Under the pieces are notes generated by a model that did not search any database, was not told the DNA's origin, and saw only the letters and a program-made list of their open reading frames with translations. Position numbers and translations under genes: made by a program. A stretch of DNA of 64,000 nucleotides from Deltaproteobacteria bacterium (GTDB lineage: Bacteria; Myxococcota_A; UBA796; UBA9615): assembly GCA_023954745.1 (NCBI GenBank), contig JAGSHC010000005.1, forward strand, positions 4,550-68,549, in the 5' to 3' direction. Positions 35,845 through 44,834 of the stretch are shown one piece after another; position 1 is the first letter of the stretch; the number at the start of each line of letters is the position of its first letter.

Positions 35845-36858
35845 TCAGGTGCGGTGGTAGACGACGACCGTGCTCGTGACGCTGTTCTCAGCGGACTCTT
35901 CGAGGGAGATGTACGCCTCGCGCCCGTCCTTGAGGAACAGGAACGTGTTTGGCGAGTCCATCTGCTCTTCCATCTTCTCGCGGCCGGCCATGAAGTTCTG
36001 GGAGAGGCCCCAGCCCTCGAGCTCCATCGCCTGCAGGAAGTGATTCTCGGCCTGGTCGATGGACGAAGCGCCCCGGTAGATGTGGATGGAGTAGTCGGCG
36101 TCGCCCAACTCCTGCCCGAACGTGATCAGCCGGAAGCTTCCGCGAGGGCGCGGAATGTCCTCGATGTCGTAGCCGACCCCATCCTGACGCCGCTTCGGCC
36201 GCATGTTCTTGCGGTTGAAGTTTTCGTCGGGCCACACGTTCATGTACTGAGTGCCGCCGTTGGCGTCGTCGGCGAAGGCCACCACGATCTTCGCGTCGCC
36301 CAGGGCAGAGACCTCACCAGTCTTGTCGAAGTTCTCGAAGCGGGTCTTCATGTCGGCAGACCACTCGGCCTCGCCTTCCTTGCCCGTGACGATGGTCGCG
36401 AAGGCGCCCCACTTCTCGCCATCCAGGCGCACGTAGCGCTGGTTGATGAGCTTCTCGGTCTCTTCGATGCGGCGGGCGTGCTCGGCCCGGTCCTTGGCGT
36501 TCTTGACCGTCTTCAGCAGCCGGTCCTTGGTGGCCTGGTCAGCCACCTCGCGGACGTCACCCTTGTACATGTTCTCGTAGTAGTCGAGCAGTGTGTCGAT
36601 GGGCTTGCTGGACCGGTACTGCGTGTAATAGAGGGTGTTGCCGTTGAGGTACACCTCGTTGACGTCCCCGTCCTTCACGCGGGTCTTCATGTAGGCCGGA
36701 ACGCCCTCGAGGGCGCGTCCCAGGTCCATGTACACCTCGGCGGCGGCGGTGGGCGGGCGCGGGGTCATGAAGTGGCCGAAGCCGAACACGCCCACGACGA
36801 GCACGCAGATGAGGACGACGCGGAAGCCGCGAGCGGACAGAGTGCGGAAGACGTTCAT
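35845..36858 (-). CDS. Hypothetical membrane-anchored periplasmic protein with K/E/D/N/Y-rich composition
   Basis: An N-terminal TM (VVLICVLVVGVFGFGHF) and a ~300-aa soluble domain with amino-acid usage unlike the neighbouring genes. I recognise no family. Confidence 0.4.
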   Translation of the reverse strand: MNVFRTLSARGFRVVLICVLVVGVFGFGHFMTPRPPTAAAEVYMDLGRALEGVPAYMKTRVKDGDVNEVYLNGNTLYYTQYRSSKPIDTLLDYYENMYKGDVREVADQATKDRLLKTVKNAKDRAEHARRIEETEKLINQRYVRLDGEKWGAFATIVTGKEGEAEWSADMKTRFENFDKTGEVSALGDAKIVVAFADDANGGTQYMNVWPDENFNRKNMRPKRRQDGVGYDIEDIPRPRGSFRLITFGQELGDADYSIHIYRGASSIDQAENHFLQAMELEGWGLSQNFMAGREKMEEQMDSPNTFLFLKDGREAYISLEESAENSVTSTVVVYHRT

Positions 36859-36871
36859 CTCTGGACTCCTC

Positions 36872-37468
36872 TCAGTACGAAGAGAGCGCGACGGCGGACC
36901 ACGCCATCAACGCGCCCTTGACGGCCATGATCTGGAGGTCGCCATAGGTCTGCTTCTTGTGCCACGTGCCACCCGACACGAAGTGCCGACTCCTCACGTG
37001 GGTGCCGCCAGGCAGCGTGTTGTCGAGGATGGAGTTGGGGGCATAGGTCGCGCCCACCTCGAAACCTCTCGTCTGGCTGGCGAACGAGAGCATGTTGCTC
37101 AGCGACGAGGCCATGTTCAGCGGGCCCGAGCTGGGGAAGCTCGAGTTCGCGGAGCTGGGGTTGGCCGCGGGGTCGAAGGGCGCCAACTCGACGTAGGTCG
37201 GGTTGTGGTCCGTCATCGGGTAGTACGCCTGGGCCCGGCTCATGATCTGGCTGTCTTCGAGGTCCGTCTCGGCGACGCTGGCGGTGGCGGTGGCCATGTA
37301 GCGCGCGGCCATGTGGCAAGTGAGCTTGAGCTCGTATGCCTTACCGAACCACAGGATGCCCTCGATCATCGCGAGCAGGACGAAGACCCAGATGACGAAC
37401 TCCGCCATCGCCTGTCCTCGCTGGCCCTTGCCATCCCGTGCGTCTCGGATTCGTTGAATGGAAAGCAT
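36872..37468 (-). CDS. TadE-like pseudopilin
   Basis: An N-terminal GQAMAEFVIWVFVLLAMIEG TadE motif (G-x4-EF). Confidence 0.6.
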   Translation of the reverse strand: MLSIQRIRDARDGKGQRGQAMAEFVIWVFVLLAMIEGILWFGKAYELKLTCHMAARYMATATASVAETDLEDSQIMSRAQAYYPMTDHNPTYVELAPFDPAANPSSANSSFPSSGPLNMASSLSNMLSFASQTRGFEVGATYAPNSILDNTLPGGTHVRSRHFVSGGTWHKKQTYGDLQIMAVKGALMAWSAVALSSY

Positions 37469-37477
37469 GTCCGTCTC

Positions 37478-38965
37478 CTAGTGCGCGATGACTGCGTCGA
37501 CGCCCGAGCCCGAGAGCGCGGTGAGGGAACCAACCAGGCCGCCCACGCCGCCGGGGGCGCCCTCGCTGGTGCTGCCGGCGCCCGGAATCCAGCCAGCGGC
37601 TGCGCTCGCGGTGTCCGAGCCCATGGTCACGGGGGCGAGGTGCGTGCGCCAGTGGGGGCTGAAGAGTCCGCCGTCACTGTGCGGGCTGTAGATCTGGGCC
37701 TGGGCGACAGTGATCATCCCGACCGTGTCGCCGTAGGTGTTCTGGAACACATCGGGGATGAACTTCGCGGCGATGTCGTCCGGCGTCTTGTAGGCGAATC
37801 CGTAGTAGTCACGCCGCTCTTCCCAGTCCTCCGCGAGGATGAACGGTTGGACGTTGGGGTTGCCCGAGTCCAGGAAGGCGAAGAAGGCTCCGAGGTAATA
37901 GAACGGGTTCGGGATGGAGAAGTTCTCGTCGTCGCACCAGAGGCACCACCCGGGGGCGTCCACCTCGAAGTTGACGGAGCTGGGCCCGAAGCTGCCGCCG
38001 CACATCACCGCGTACCTCGCCCACACCGCCATGATGAACATGACGTTGGTGAAGTGATACGGCGCCTTGCTGGCCCAGAATGCGTGATACGGAATCTGCA
38101 TCTCGCCCCAGAGCGGACCGCCCAGGCCCACCGCGGCGAGGATGTCCGACGCGATGTCCCGGAAGTCCCCCGCGTAGGAGAAGCCACTGATCTCGTCGAC
38201 AGCGGCTGCGAGCGACCCTCCCAGGCTGTACTGGATCTCGTTGTAGCCGCCAGCGTTCTCGCCGCTCAGCGTGCAGGAGCAGAGGTCTTCGAGCTCGCCC
38301 TGCTCTTCGGGGATCGAGGGCGGATACATGATCCCGAAGGCCGCGCCGTTCTTCATGGCGAGGCGTGCGCTCTCGATCTCGGCGATCCAGGGGAAGAGGT
38401 TGTCGACGTTCTCTTCGACGTCCGACAGGGTCTCCATGATGTCCCAGATGAAGTCCTCGTCGTCCTCTGTCTCCATGAGCACGCCCGGCAGCTGCAGGGT
38501 GTCGATGAAGGCGTCCACGGGAATCTGGAACTGGCCGGTCATGGCGGCGACTGCGGCCCAGAAGGCCTCGATGGCCGGGCTGAGGAGCAGCGCCGTCAAG
38601 GCAGTCCAGAACACGGCCTTGAGGTAGATCTCCTGGGCGAGGAGCATCGCCATGAAGATGTTCATCATGGAGTTGAGGTTCATCGCCCGGGCGATCCAGG
38701 TGCTCCCGGAGAGCACGGCTGCATCCGCCGCGGACTGCGCCTGCATCTTGTCGTGCAGCAGCGCCCCGCTGTTGATCACCATGAAGGTGAAGCAAGCGAG
38801 CAGGAACAGGATCAGCGCGATGTAGACGATGGACTGGCCGCCCTCGTCCCGGTGCACGTCGCTCAGTCGCGTGCGGGCACGCTCGAGCAGGCTGTGAAGT
38901 GATCGGGTCACGTCCATCTCCCTACATGTCCCAGAAGCCGCTGATCGGCGGGTCGCCGGTCTCAC
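37478..38965 (-). CDS. TadG-like protein (Tad_N pilus-assembly N-terminal domain)
   Basis: GGQSIVYIALILFLLACFTFMVINSGALLHDKMQAQSAADAAVLSGSTW resembles the TadG-like N-domain, followed by a large ~400-aa C-terminal domain. The start may be the internal ATG (MDVTRS) at ~38917. Confidence 0.5.
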   Translation of the reverse strand: MRPATRRSAASGTCREMDVTRSLHSLLERARTRLSDVHRDEGGQSIVYIALILFLLACFTFMVINSGALLHDKMQAQSAADAAVLSGSTWIARAMNLNSMMNIFMAMLLAQEIYLKAVFWTALTALLLSPAIEAFWAAVAAMTGQFQIPVDAFIDTLQLPGVLMETEDDEDFIWDIMETLSDVEENVDNLFPWIAEIESARLAMKNGAAFGIMYPPSIPEEQGELEDLCSCTLSGENAGGYNEIQYSLGGSLAAAVDEISGFSYAGDFRDIASDILAAVGLGGPLWGEMQIPYHAFWASKAPYHFTNVMFIMAVWARYAVMCGGSFGPSSVNFEVDAPGWCLWCDDENFSIPNPFYYLGAFFAFLDSGNPNVQPFILAEDWEERRDYYGFAYKTPDDIAAKFIPDVFQNTYGDTVGMITVAQAQIYSPHSDGGLFSPHWRTHLAPVTMGSDTASAAAGWIPGAGSTSEGAPGGVGGLVGSLTALSGSGVDAVIAH

Positions 38966-39929
38966 CCTCGAGGGGCAGGACGGCGTGGGCTCTAATCTCG
39001 GTGTACTGACCGGGAAGGTTCAAGCTGAAGAACGGCGGCAGCGACAGGAGTGACCAGTCGTCGCCGATGAAGCGGTTGACGAGCGGAATCGCCAGGTAGA
39101 AGCGGTGGCTCACGATGACGCCCACGTCGCTCTCCGTGGGCCAATCCCAGGTGGCGGTGCCGGAGACCTCGGTGCCCCCGCTCTCATCCGCCTTGTAGAG
39201 GGCGGCGCTCGTGGCGAAGGTGGAGTAGGCGTAGCGCTGCAGTGCGCTGTCTACGTACTCACCGGCGATGCCGAGGCCGCTCATCATCTGGCTGAAGGTC
39301 GAGAAGGCCGAGCTGATGATGTCGCCCACGAAGGGCAGGCCGTCGAGCACCACGCTCGCTCGGGGCGAGATGGGCACGCAGGCCATGGCGGCGGCCTGGT
39401 TCACCTTGTCGTACTTGTCACCGCCGTCGACGTTGATGCTGTGCTTCGGCTCTCCGCCCACTTCGCTGGGGATGTAGACGATGGCGGCGCGCGCGGCGGA
39501 GAAGGCGGCGTAGGTGACGACGTTCTTCGCCTGGTACATGAGCGCGAGCTGCATGAGGATGAGCGTCGTGATGAGCACGATGGGGAAGCTGATGGCGAAC
39601 TCGGTCATCGCCTGACCGCGGGTCCCCAGGGAGAGGCTGCGCCGTGCCCGGGCGCTCAGGAAGAAGCCCGCCGTCGCCTTCGCGAGGACCCAGGCCATCT
39701 TCCCGCCTGCGACGAGCGCGGCGGCGGCCATGAGGCCGAAGAGCATGATGTCGGCGTTGTAGAGGGGCTGCACCAGAGGCGTCGCGGCGTCGTAGGCTGT
39801 GGCCATGCCGCTCCCGAGGAGCGCGACGCTCTCCCGGCCCCAGGTGGTGCCGCCGGACCAGCTCGCGAGACCCAAGGAGAGGGCGGCGAAGCCAGTGGCC
39901 GACAGGGCGATGCGTGTGTGAGGAGTCAT
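38922..39929 (-). CDS. TadE/TadF-like pseudopilin with an N-terminal extension
   Basis: GQAMTEFAISFPIVLITTLILMQ motif. The start is ambiguous: ATG at 39929 (MTPHTRI, with two extra TMs) or ATG at 39698 (MAWVLAK, the canonical length). Confidence 0.5.
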   Translation of the reverse strand: MTPHTRIALSATGFAALSLGLASWSGGTTWGRESVALLGSGMATAYDAATPLVQPLYNADIMLFGLMAAAALVAGGKMAWVLAKATAGFFLSARARRSLSLGTRGQAMTEFAISFPIVLITTLILMQLALMYQAKNVVTYAAFSAARAAIVYIPSEVGGEPKHSINVDGGDKYDKVNQAAAMACVPISPRASVVLDGLPFVGDIISSAFSTFSQMMSGLGIAGEYVDSALQRYAYSTFATSAALYKADESGGTEVSGTATWDWPTESDVGVIVSHRFYLAIPLVNRFIGDDWSLLSLPPFFSLNLPGQYTEIRAHAVLPLEGETGDPPISGFWDM

Positions 39930-39943
39930 CTCTGCGCTCCGTC

Positions 39944-40495
39944 TCAGAAGTCCAGCCCGAGGAACGAACCGACGCCGAGCTGGATCTCGACGAGGGCCCA
40001 CGCCCAGCCGCCCACGATGGCGACTCCAAGCGGGAAGGCATCACTGTTCTGCTCGTCGAGCTCTTCGGGCTCGAGGAACGGAACCAGCGACGTGAAGATG
40101 TATCGCCACATGTTCTTGAGGGACCGCAGCAGCTTGCCCTTCCAGATCATGATTCCGAGGGCCATGACGCCCGAGAGCAGCCCCATGTAGAGGAGCCCCA
40201 GGATGGTGGCGTGCAGTCCGGTGAGGGCACCGAGCCCGGCGGCGAGCTTGACGTCCCCTCCCCCGATGCCGCCGAACATCATTCCCAGGAAGAGGATGAG
40301 GAATCCGAGGCCGAAGCCCTGGAGCGAGGAGACGAAGCCGCCGAGTCCGCCGGTGGCGAACCCGAGAGCGAGACCGAGCAGGATGGCGGGGTACGTGAGC
40401 GCGTTGGGGATGCGGCCTTGCTTCACGTCGGAGTACAAGGCTCCGGCCATGACGGCTGCACTCGCGGTCATCGTCACCATCTGCATCGTCTCCAT
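39944..40495 (-). CDS. Prepilin peptidase CpaA/TadV (A24 family)
   Basis: A polytopic protein with GGGDVKL and a second catalytic Asp region, positioned next to the pilin genes. Confidence 0.8.
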   Translation of the reverse strand: METMQMVTMTASAAVMAGALYSDVKQGRIPNALTYPAILLGLALGFATGGLGGFVSSLQGFGLGFLILFLGMMFGGIGGGDVKLAAGLGALTGLHATILGLLYMGLLSGVMALGIMIWKGKLLRSLKNMWRYIFTSLVPFLEPEELDEQNSDAFPLGVAIVGGWAWALVEIQLGVGSFLGLDF

Positions 40496-40627
40496 GGTTG
40501 AGGGTGGTTCCTGTCGAGCGTCGGGTCAGGCCTGGAGCGGTGACCCGCGTTCCTGCGGAGGAGAGGCGTCAGCCTCAAGAGGGGGAATCGGTTTCCTGGC
40601 GGGCGAGGTCAAGGAGCCGCAAGGGAC

Positions 40628-40643
40628 GCGTATTTCAATACGC
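40628..40643. promoter_or_regulatory. 16-bp palindrome GCGTATTtcAATACGC, 3' of the flp1 pilin gene and 5' of the prepilin peptidase gene
   Basis: A perfect inverted repeat read from the sequence. It is AT-rich for this genome and looks like a candidate operator. Confidence 0.3.
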
Positions 40644-40684
40644 AACCGAGCGAGCGACGCCGACATCGCCCGCCAGGGAGCCGA

Positions 40685-40903
40685 TTACAGGTTGGAGTCG
40701 ACGTTGTCGATCTCTCCGTCGGCCGTCTCGAACAGGCCCTTGATCTTGCCGCCGAAGGACACGGCGATGGCGATGCAGACCACGGCGATGGCGACGAGGA
40801 TGATGACGTACTCGGTCATGCCCTGGCCGCGCTCGTCGCTGTGGAGGCGGGCGAAGGCGTTCTTGGCGGAGTCGGCGACGATGGCGAGGTTGCGAGCGAT
40901 CAT
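40685..40903 (-). CDS. Flp-family type IVb pilin
   Basis: Leader ...HSDERGQG followed by MTEYVIILVAIAVVCIAIAV (the Flp motif, G then xxxxEY, and a hydrophobic helix); 72 aa. Confidence 0.75.
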   Translation of the reverse strand: MIARNLAIVADSAKNAFARLHSDERGQGMTEYVIILVAIAVVCIAIAVSFGGKIKGLFETADGEIDNVDSNL

Positions 40904-40973
40904 TTGGGTGTCTCCTTGAGGTCGGTGGCGTTCATGTAGGGAGCGCGGCTCCCCCGGTTGTTGGTTTCGAGGA

Positions 40974-41159
40974 CTAGGGAATGGGGAGGCTGATCCACGT
41001 GGCGGCGAACGCGTAGTAACGCTCGAAGGCCTCCTGCAGCGCGCCCATCACGGGGATGAGGCCGATGAAGACGGCCACGACGAGCACGATGTACTCGGTC
41101 ATTGCCTGTCCTCGCATGGAGGAGGTGCGGGTCGTTGAGGGAGCGCGAAGCAGCTGCAT
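40974..41159 (-). CDS. Flp-family type IVb pilin (second copy)
   Basis: ...SSMRGQA followed by MTEYIVLVVAVFIGLIPVMG. The start was chosen at the ATG MQLLRAP. A longer in-frame start at 41216 is possible. Confidence 0.7.
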   Translation of the reverse strand: MQLLRAPSTTRTSSMRGQAMTEYIVLVVAVFIGLIPVMGALQEAFERYYAFAATWISLPIP

Positions 41160-41216
41160 GGTCGAGGCTTCTCCCGCTCGATGCCTCGCGTTCAATCGTC
41201 GCGGCGGTCCGAGCAA

Positions 41217-41307
41217 GGGAAAGCTACCGGGGGGTTCGCGAGGGCGTCAACAAAATCACGCGAAACCCTTTGCATTTCGTTGACAAGTCGTTTGACAACA
41301 GAGGTAT
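41217..41307. promoter_or_regulatory. AT-rich putative promoter/leader region upstream of the flp2 pilin gene
   Basis: ~45% GC versus ~70% in the flanks. On the opposite strand it contains tandem TTGACA hexamers (TTGACAagtcgTTTGACA). I found no convincing sigma54 -24/-12 element. Confidence 0.3.
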
Positions 41308-41742
41308 CTAGCTGAAAAACCACAACAAAATTGCAAACACCAGCGAGGTAACAAGAAAGGCCCAAGGGAGAAGACTGCTTCCGGCGCCGCCCGACGGGAC
41401 GGTTCCGAGGTCGAGTTGGTCCCCCGGCTCGGTCTGGCTCTGTGCGATTACTCCCACGGGCAACTCAATCGCCCGCTGAGCCCGCAAGTAGAGGCGGGTG
41501 AAGCCCAGGGGCTTGAGGTTCGTGATGGCCCGAAGGACGAGCCCGTCCCGGTCGACGAAGATCACGTCCAGCGCGAAGCGCATCCCGAACATGTGCACGG
41601 AGTTGCACGGCGAGATGATGAGGGCCTCGCCGGGCTCCAGCCCGTCCGAGTCGAGCAAGCCCCGCGCGCGGTCGGCGCCCGTCACCGCCCAGCGTTCCCG
41701 GTCGGCCAGCACCGTCCCGCGCGTGACGTTGCGGATGCTCAC
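41308..41742 (-). CDS. DUF192 (COG1430) domain protein with a C-terminal TM
   Basis: The core GEALIISPCNSVHMFGMRFALDVIFVDRDGLVL is typical of DUF192, which often accompanies Tad loci. I chose a GTG start at 41742. The longer ORF has a junk-like N-terminus. Confidence 0.5.
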   Translation of the reverse strand: MSIRNVTRGTVLADRERWAVTGADRARGLLDSDGLEPGEALIISPCNSVHMFGMRFALDVIFVDRDGLVLRAITNLKPLGFTRLYLRAQRAIELPVGVIAQSQTEPGDQLDLGTVPSGGAGSSLLPWAFLVTSLVFAILLWFFS

Positions 41743-41746
41743 TGGA

Positions 41747-42853
41747 TCAGGAGGGGGGGAGCGTAAACAGCCACACCCGACGCCAGGCTTGAGCCTCCGA
41801 GCCCCGCATGCCCTGGGACACAAACGCGACGGTGACTCGCCCCTCGCCGTCCTTGCCGACGTTGGGCTCGGAGTTGTTGACTGTGCCGGTCTGCAACGCG
41901 CGGGAGAGCTTGCTCGCAACGTCCACGATCATCAGGGGGTCCCCCGCGTTCGGGTCGTCCTTGACGGTGACGATGGAGCGCGAGTCCGGCGTCCACGCCG
42001 GACCGCGGCGCTCGTTGGGGATGACGTCCTCGAGGAGCTTCTGGGGGATTCCATCACCACTGGCGGCCGCCACGTAGAGGTCGAAGTGGGTGCGGTCCTC
42101 CTTGTGGTGATTGCTGTAGAAGGCGATCCGGCGGCCGTCGGGAGACCAGGACGGCTTAAGCTGCGTGGCCTTCCAGGCCGTGAGGGCCCGTGCCGTGGGC
42201 GACGCTGCGCTCACGTCATCGATGACGTGGATGTTGGCCCCATCCTCGTTGAGCGAGGAGTACGCCAGCGCGCTGCGGTTGGGCGCGAAGTCGGCGTAGA
42301 ACTCCAGGCCAGGGTCTGCCGTGAGGCGCCTCGGCGGCGCTTCGAGCTCGAAGATGTCGATGAGGTAGAGGTCCCCTTCCCCGGTGCGGGCCGAACTGAA
42401 CGCGAGGTAGCGCGAGTCGGAGGAAAAGACGGCGCCGCCCTCCTTCTCTTCGCTGCCGATGGGGGTGGTGACCCCCTTGATGTACAGGTCGAACTCGTCG
42501 TCGGCCCCGGAGCTGGCGAAGGCGTAGAGCCCACCTCGACTCGCCCACGAGAACTCGTGGTTTACCTGCTTGCGCTCCAGGAAACGGCCTCCGAGACCCG
42601 AGCTCCCTGACGGCGGGAGGACCTCCTCTTCCCGACCCGTGCGCGCCTCCACCATGAACAGCGACGTGACCTTCTCCCGGGGAAAGGTCACCTCATAGGC
42701 CACCTGGGCACCGTCGGGGGACCAGCGGGGATTGAGCGCGTTGCCCTCACGATCCGGAGAGAGCGGTGTCGCGGTCTGGCCTGCCACCGCGCCGGGGACG
42801 GGCAGCAGCAGCAGCGCAGAGAGCGACATCCAACCAAACAGCTTGCTCATCAT
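41747..42853 (-). CDS. Periplasmic TolB-like (PD40/WD40-like) beta-propeller protein
   Basis: Signal peptide MMSKLFGWMSLSALLLLPVPGAVAG and repeated WSPDG..(I/V)A(F/Y) blades. The start overlaps the stop of the upstream ABC ATPase gene. Confidence 0.6.
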   Translation of the reverse strand: MMSKLFGWMSLSALLLLPVPGAVAGQTATPLSPDREGNALNPRWSPDGAQVAYEVTFPREKVTSLFMVEARTGREEEVLPPSGSSGLGGRFLERKQVNHEFSWASRGGLYAFASSGADDEFDLYIKGVTTPIGSEEKEGGAVFSSDSRYLAFSSARTGEGDLYLIDIFELEAPPRRLTADPGLEFYADFAPNRSALAYSSLNEDGANIHVIDDVSAASPTARALTAWKATQLKPSWSPDGRRIAFYSNHHKEDRTHFDLYVAAASGDGIPQKLLEDVIPNERRGPAWTPDSRSIVTVKDDPNAGDPLMIVDVASKLSRALQTGTVNNSEPNVGKDGEGRVTVAFVSQGMRGSEAQAWRRVWLFTLPPS

Positions 42854-43821
42854 TCCTCCGAGGACACCGCGGTCCGTGCCCAGCACGCCACCCGATGCCC
42901 CACTCCGATGGGGGTCAGCTCCGGCTCGGTGGTCCGGCACCGCTCCCAGAGCGCATGGCCGGGCTCCACCTCGTGGCAGGAGCCGCGGTAGCGGCAACCT
43001 TCCGCTTCGTCGGTCCGGTCCGGAACCATGATCGCACGACTTCCGGGCGCAAGCGACGTGGAGAGGAGGCGCTCCGTGTACGGATGCCTCTTCCCGGGGT
43101 GCACGCTCGTATCCAGCTGCCTCGAGGGCATCTCTTCCACCACCTTGCCGCGATTCATCACCAACACACGGTCAGACACATATCGGACGACATCCAGCTC
43201 ATGGGAGATGAAGATCCACGCCTGTCCGGGCCGCCGAGCCTCCAGCATCACCTTGAGAACGTCAGCCTTCACGGACGCGTCGAGGCCCGCCGTCGGCTCG
43301 TCTGCGATGACGATGCGCGGCTCGGGAAGCAAGCACCGGGCAACGCCCACCCGCCGTCGCTCTCCGCCAGACAGCTCCCTCGGTCGCCGGTCCGCCCGGC
43401 CTTCGAGCCGGAAGCGAGCGAGAGTCTCGGCGATGATCGTGTCTTCGTTCCCCTTCTGGTCGGGGCGGTGGAGTCGCAAGGTCTCCCGGAGGTGTTCGCT
43501 GACGGTCATGCCGGGGTTCAGGGCGGCAGCCGCCGACTGGTAGATCATCTGGGCGCGGGTGCGGGCAAGGCGGAGCTGGCGCGCGTCCAGGGCGCCAAAG
43601 TCCTCGCCGAGGAACTCGATGGCCCCACCGTCGGGCTCGATGATGCGAAGCAGCAGCTTCCCGAGGGTGGTCTTGCCGGAGCCGGACTCCCCCACCAGCC
43701 CGAGGACCTCGCCCGAATGAAGCGTGAGGTCCACCCCATCGACCGCGCGAAGCCCTGGCGCGCCGTCGCTTCCAGCGAAGGTCTTGTGCAGACCGGTGGC
43801 GCAGAGCGCGATCTCTCTCAT
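42850..43821 (-). CDS. Oligo/dipeptide ABC transporter ATP-binding protein (DppF/OppF-like)
   Basis: GESGSGKTT, LSGGERRRV and a C-terminal oligopeptide-transporter extension with Cys residues. Confidence 0.8.
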   Translation of the reverse strand: MREIALCATGLHKTFAGSDGAPGLRAVDGVDLTLHSGEVLGLVGESGSGKTTLGKLLLRIIEPDGGAIEFLGEDFGALDARQLRLARTRAQMIYQSAAAALNPGMTVSEHLRETLRLHRPDQKGNEDTIIAETLARFRLEGRADRRPRELSGGERRRVGVARCLLPEPRIVIADEPTAGLDASVKADVLKVMLEARRPGQAWIFISHELDVVRYVSDRVLVMNRGKVVEEMPSRQLDTSVHPGKRHPYTERLLSTSLAPGSRAIMVPDRTDEAEGCRYRGSCHEVEPGHALWERCRTTEPELTPIGVGHRVACWARTAVSSEE

Positions 43822-44834
43822 CGGCGACTCAGGAAGCAGGCGACGCGATGTCCATCACCAAAGGGCACGAGCGGCGGGACCTCGCTGTAGCAGCGCTCCT
43901 GGTCGTGTTCGCGACCCACGGCCATGCGAGCGCAGCGCTTTACGTAAGGGCACGACGCGCCTGCGGGCCCGCTCGGGGCACGAAGAGAGGGAGGGGGCGG
44001 ACGCCCCTCCTCCAGCGCGAGGACCCGTGCCTGCAGCTCCCGCGAGTAGGGGTGCTCGCCCGGGCCTGGCTCGAAGAACGCGCTGCGGGGCCCGTCCTCC
44101 ACGAGCCGACCCTGATAGAGAACCAGGACCCGGTCCGCCATGTGTCGGACGACGGCGAAGTCGTGGGTGATCAGGAGGAGAGTGAGGCCCTGTTCGTCCT
44201 GGAGGCGAGCCAGCAGGTCCAGCACTTCGCGGCGGACGGACCAGTCGAGTCCAGTAGTTGGTTCGTCCGCCACCAGGAAGCGCGGTTCCGTCGCGAGGGC
44301 GACCGCCACGGCGACCCGTTGGGCCATGCCCCCCGACAGCTCGTGTGGATGAAGCTCGGCGACGGCGCGGGGGTTGGGCAGGGCCACCTGGGCAAGCCAG
44401 TGCTCGGCGCGCTCCCGGCGCTCTGCCGTGCTGGCCCGCGGCCGGGCGACCCGCACCGAGTCAGCGACCTGGCGCCCCACGGTTTGGTACGGGTCGAGTG
44501 CCTCGAGAGGGTGCTGGAAGACGTAGCCGGCCCAGCCCGGGCGTACGGTTGTCAGCGAGCGCCGGCGTCCCGGACGTCGGGGCGCCAAGGCTGCCTCCCC
44601 CTCCTCGGTCCACGCCGTGGCGCGCCCTTGCATCACACCTGGCTTCGCTGAGGTGATGCCCAGCAGCGAGCGCATGAGCACGGTCTTTCCGCTCCCCGAC
44701 TCCCCCACCAGCGCGACGACCTCGCCTCGGCCGAGGGAAAACGACACGTCATCGACGACCACGACCTCCTGGCCGTCGAGAGGATCGGTCACCCCGACGC
44801 TGAGGTTCTCGACGCGGAGTAGAGGGGTGCTCAT
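43818..44834 (-). CDS. Oligo/dipeptide ABC transporter ATP-binding protein (DppD/OppD-like)
   Basis: GESGSGKTV, LSGGMAQRV, ADEPTTGLD. The start was set at the ATG MSTPLL, which gives an ATGA overlap with the permease gene. Confidence 0.8.
   Translation of the reverse strand: MSTPLLRVENLSVGVTDPLDGQEVVVVDDVSFSLGRGEVVALVGESGSGKTVLMRSLLGITSAKPGVMQGRATAWTEEGEAALAPRRPGRRRSLTTVRPGWAGYVFQHPLEALDPYQTVGRQVADSVRVARPRASTAERRERAEHWLAQVALPNPRAVAELHPHELSGGMAQRVAVAVALATEPRFLVADEPTTGLDWSVRREVLDLLARLQDEQGLTLLLITHDFAVVRHMADRVLVLYQGRLVEDGPRSAFFEPGPGEHPYSRELQARVLALEEGRPPPPSLRAPSGPAGASCPYVKRCARMAVGREHDQERCYSEVPPLVPFGDGHRVACFLSRR

Noticed and set aside
41217-41340. A sigma54 (-24 GG / -12 GC) promoter upstream of flp2
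   Set aside because: The best candidate, TGGTTTTTCAGC, has the wrong GG-GC spacing (7 instead of 10 nt).
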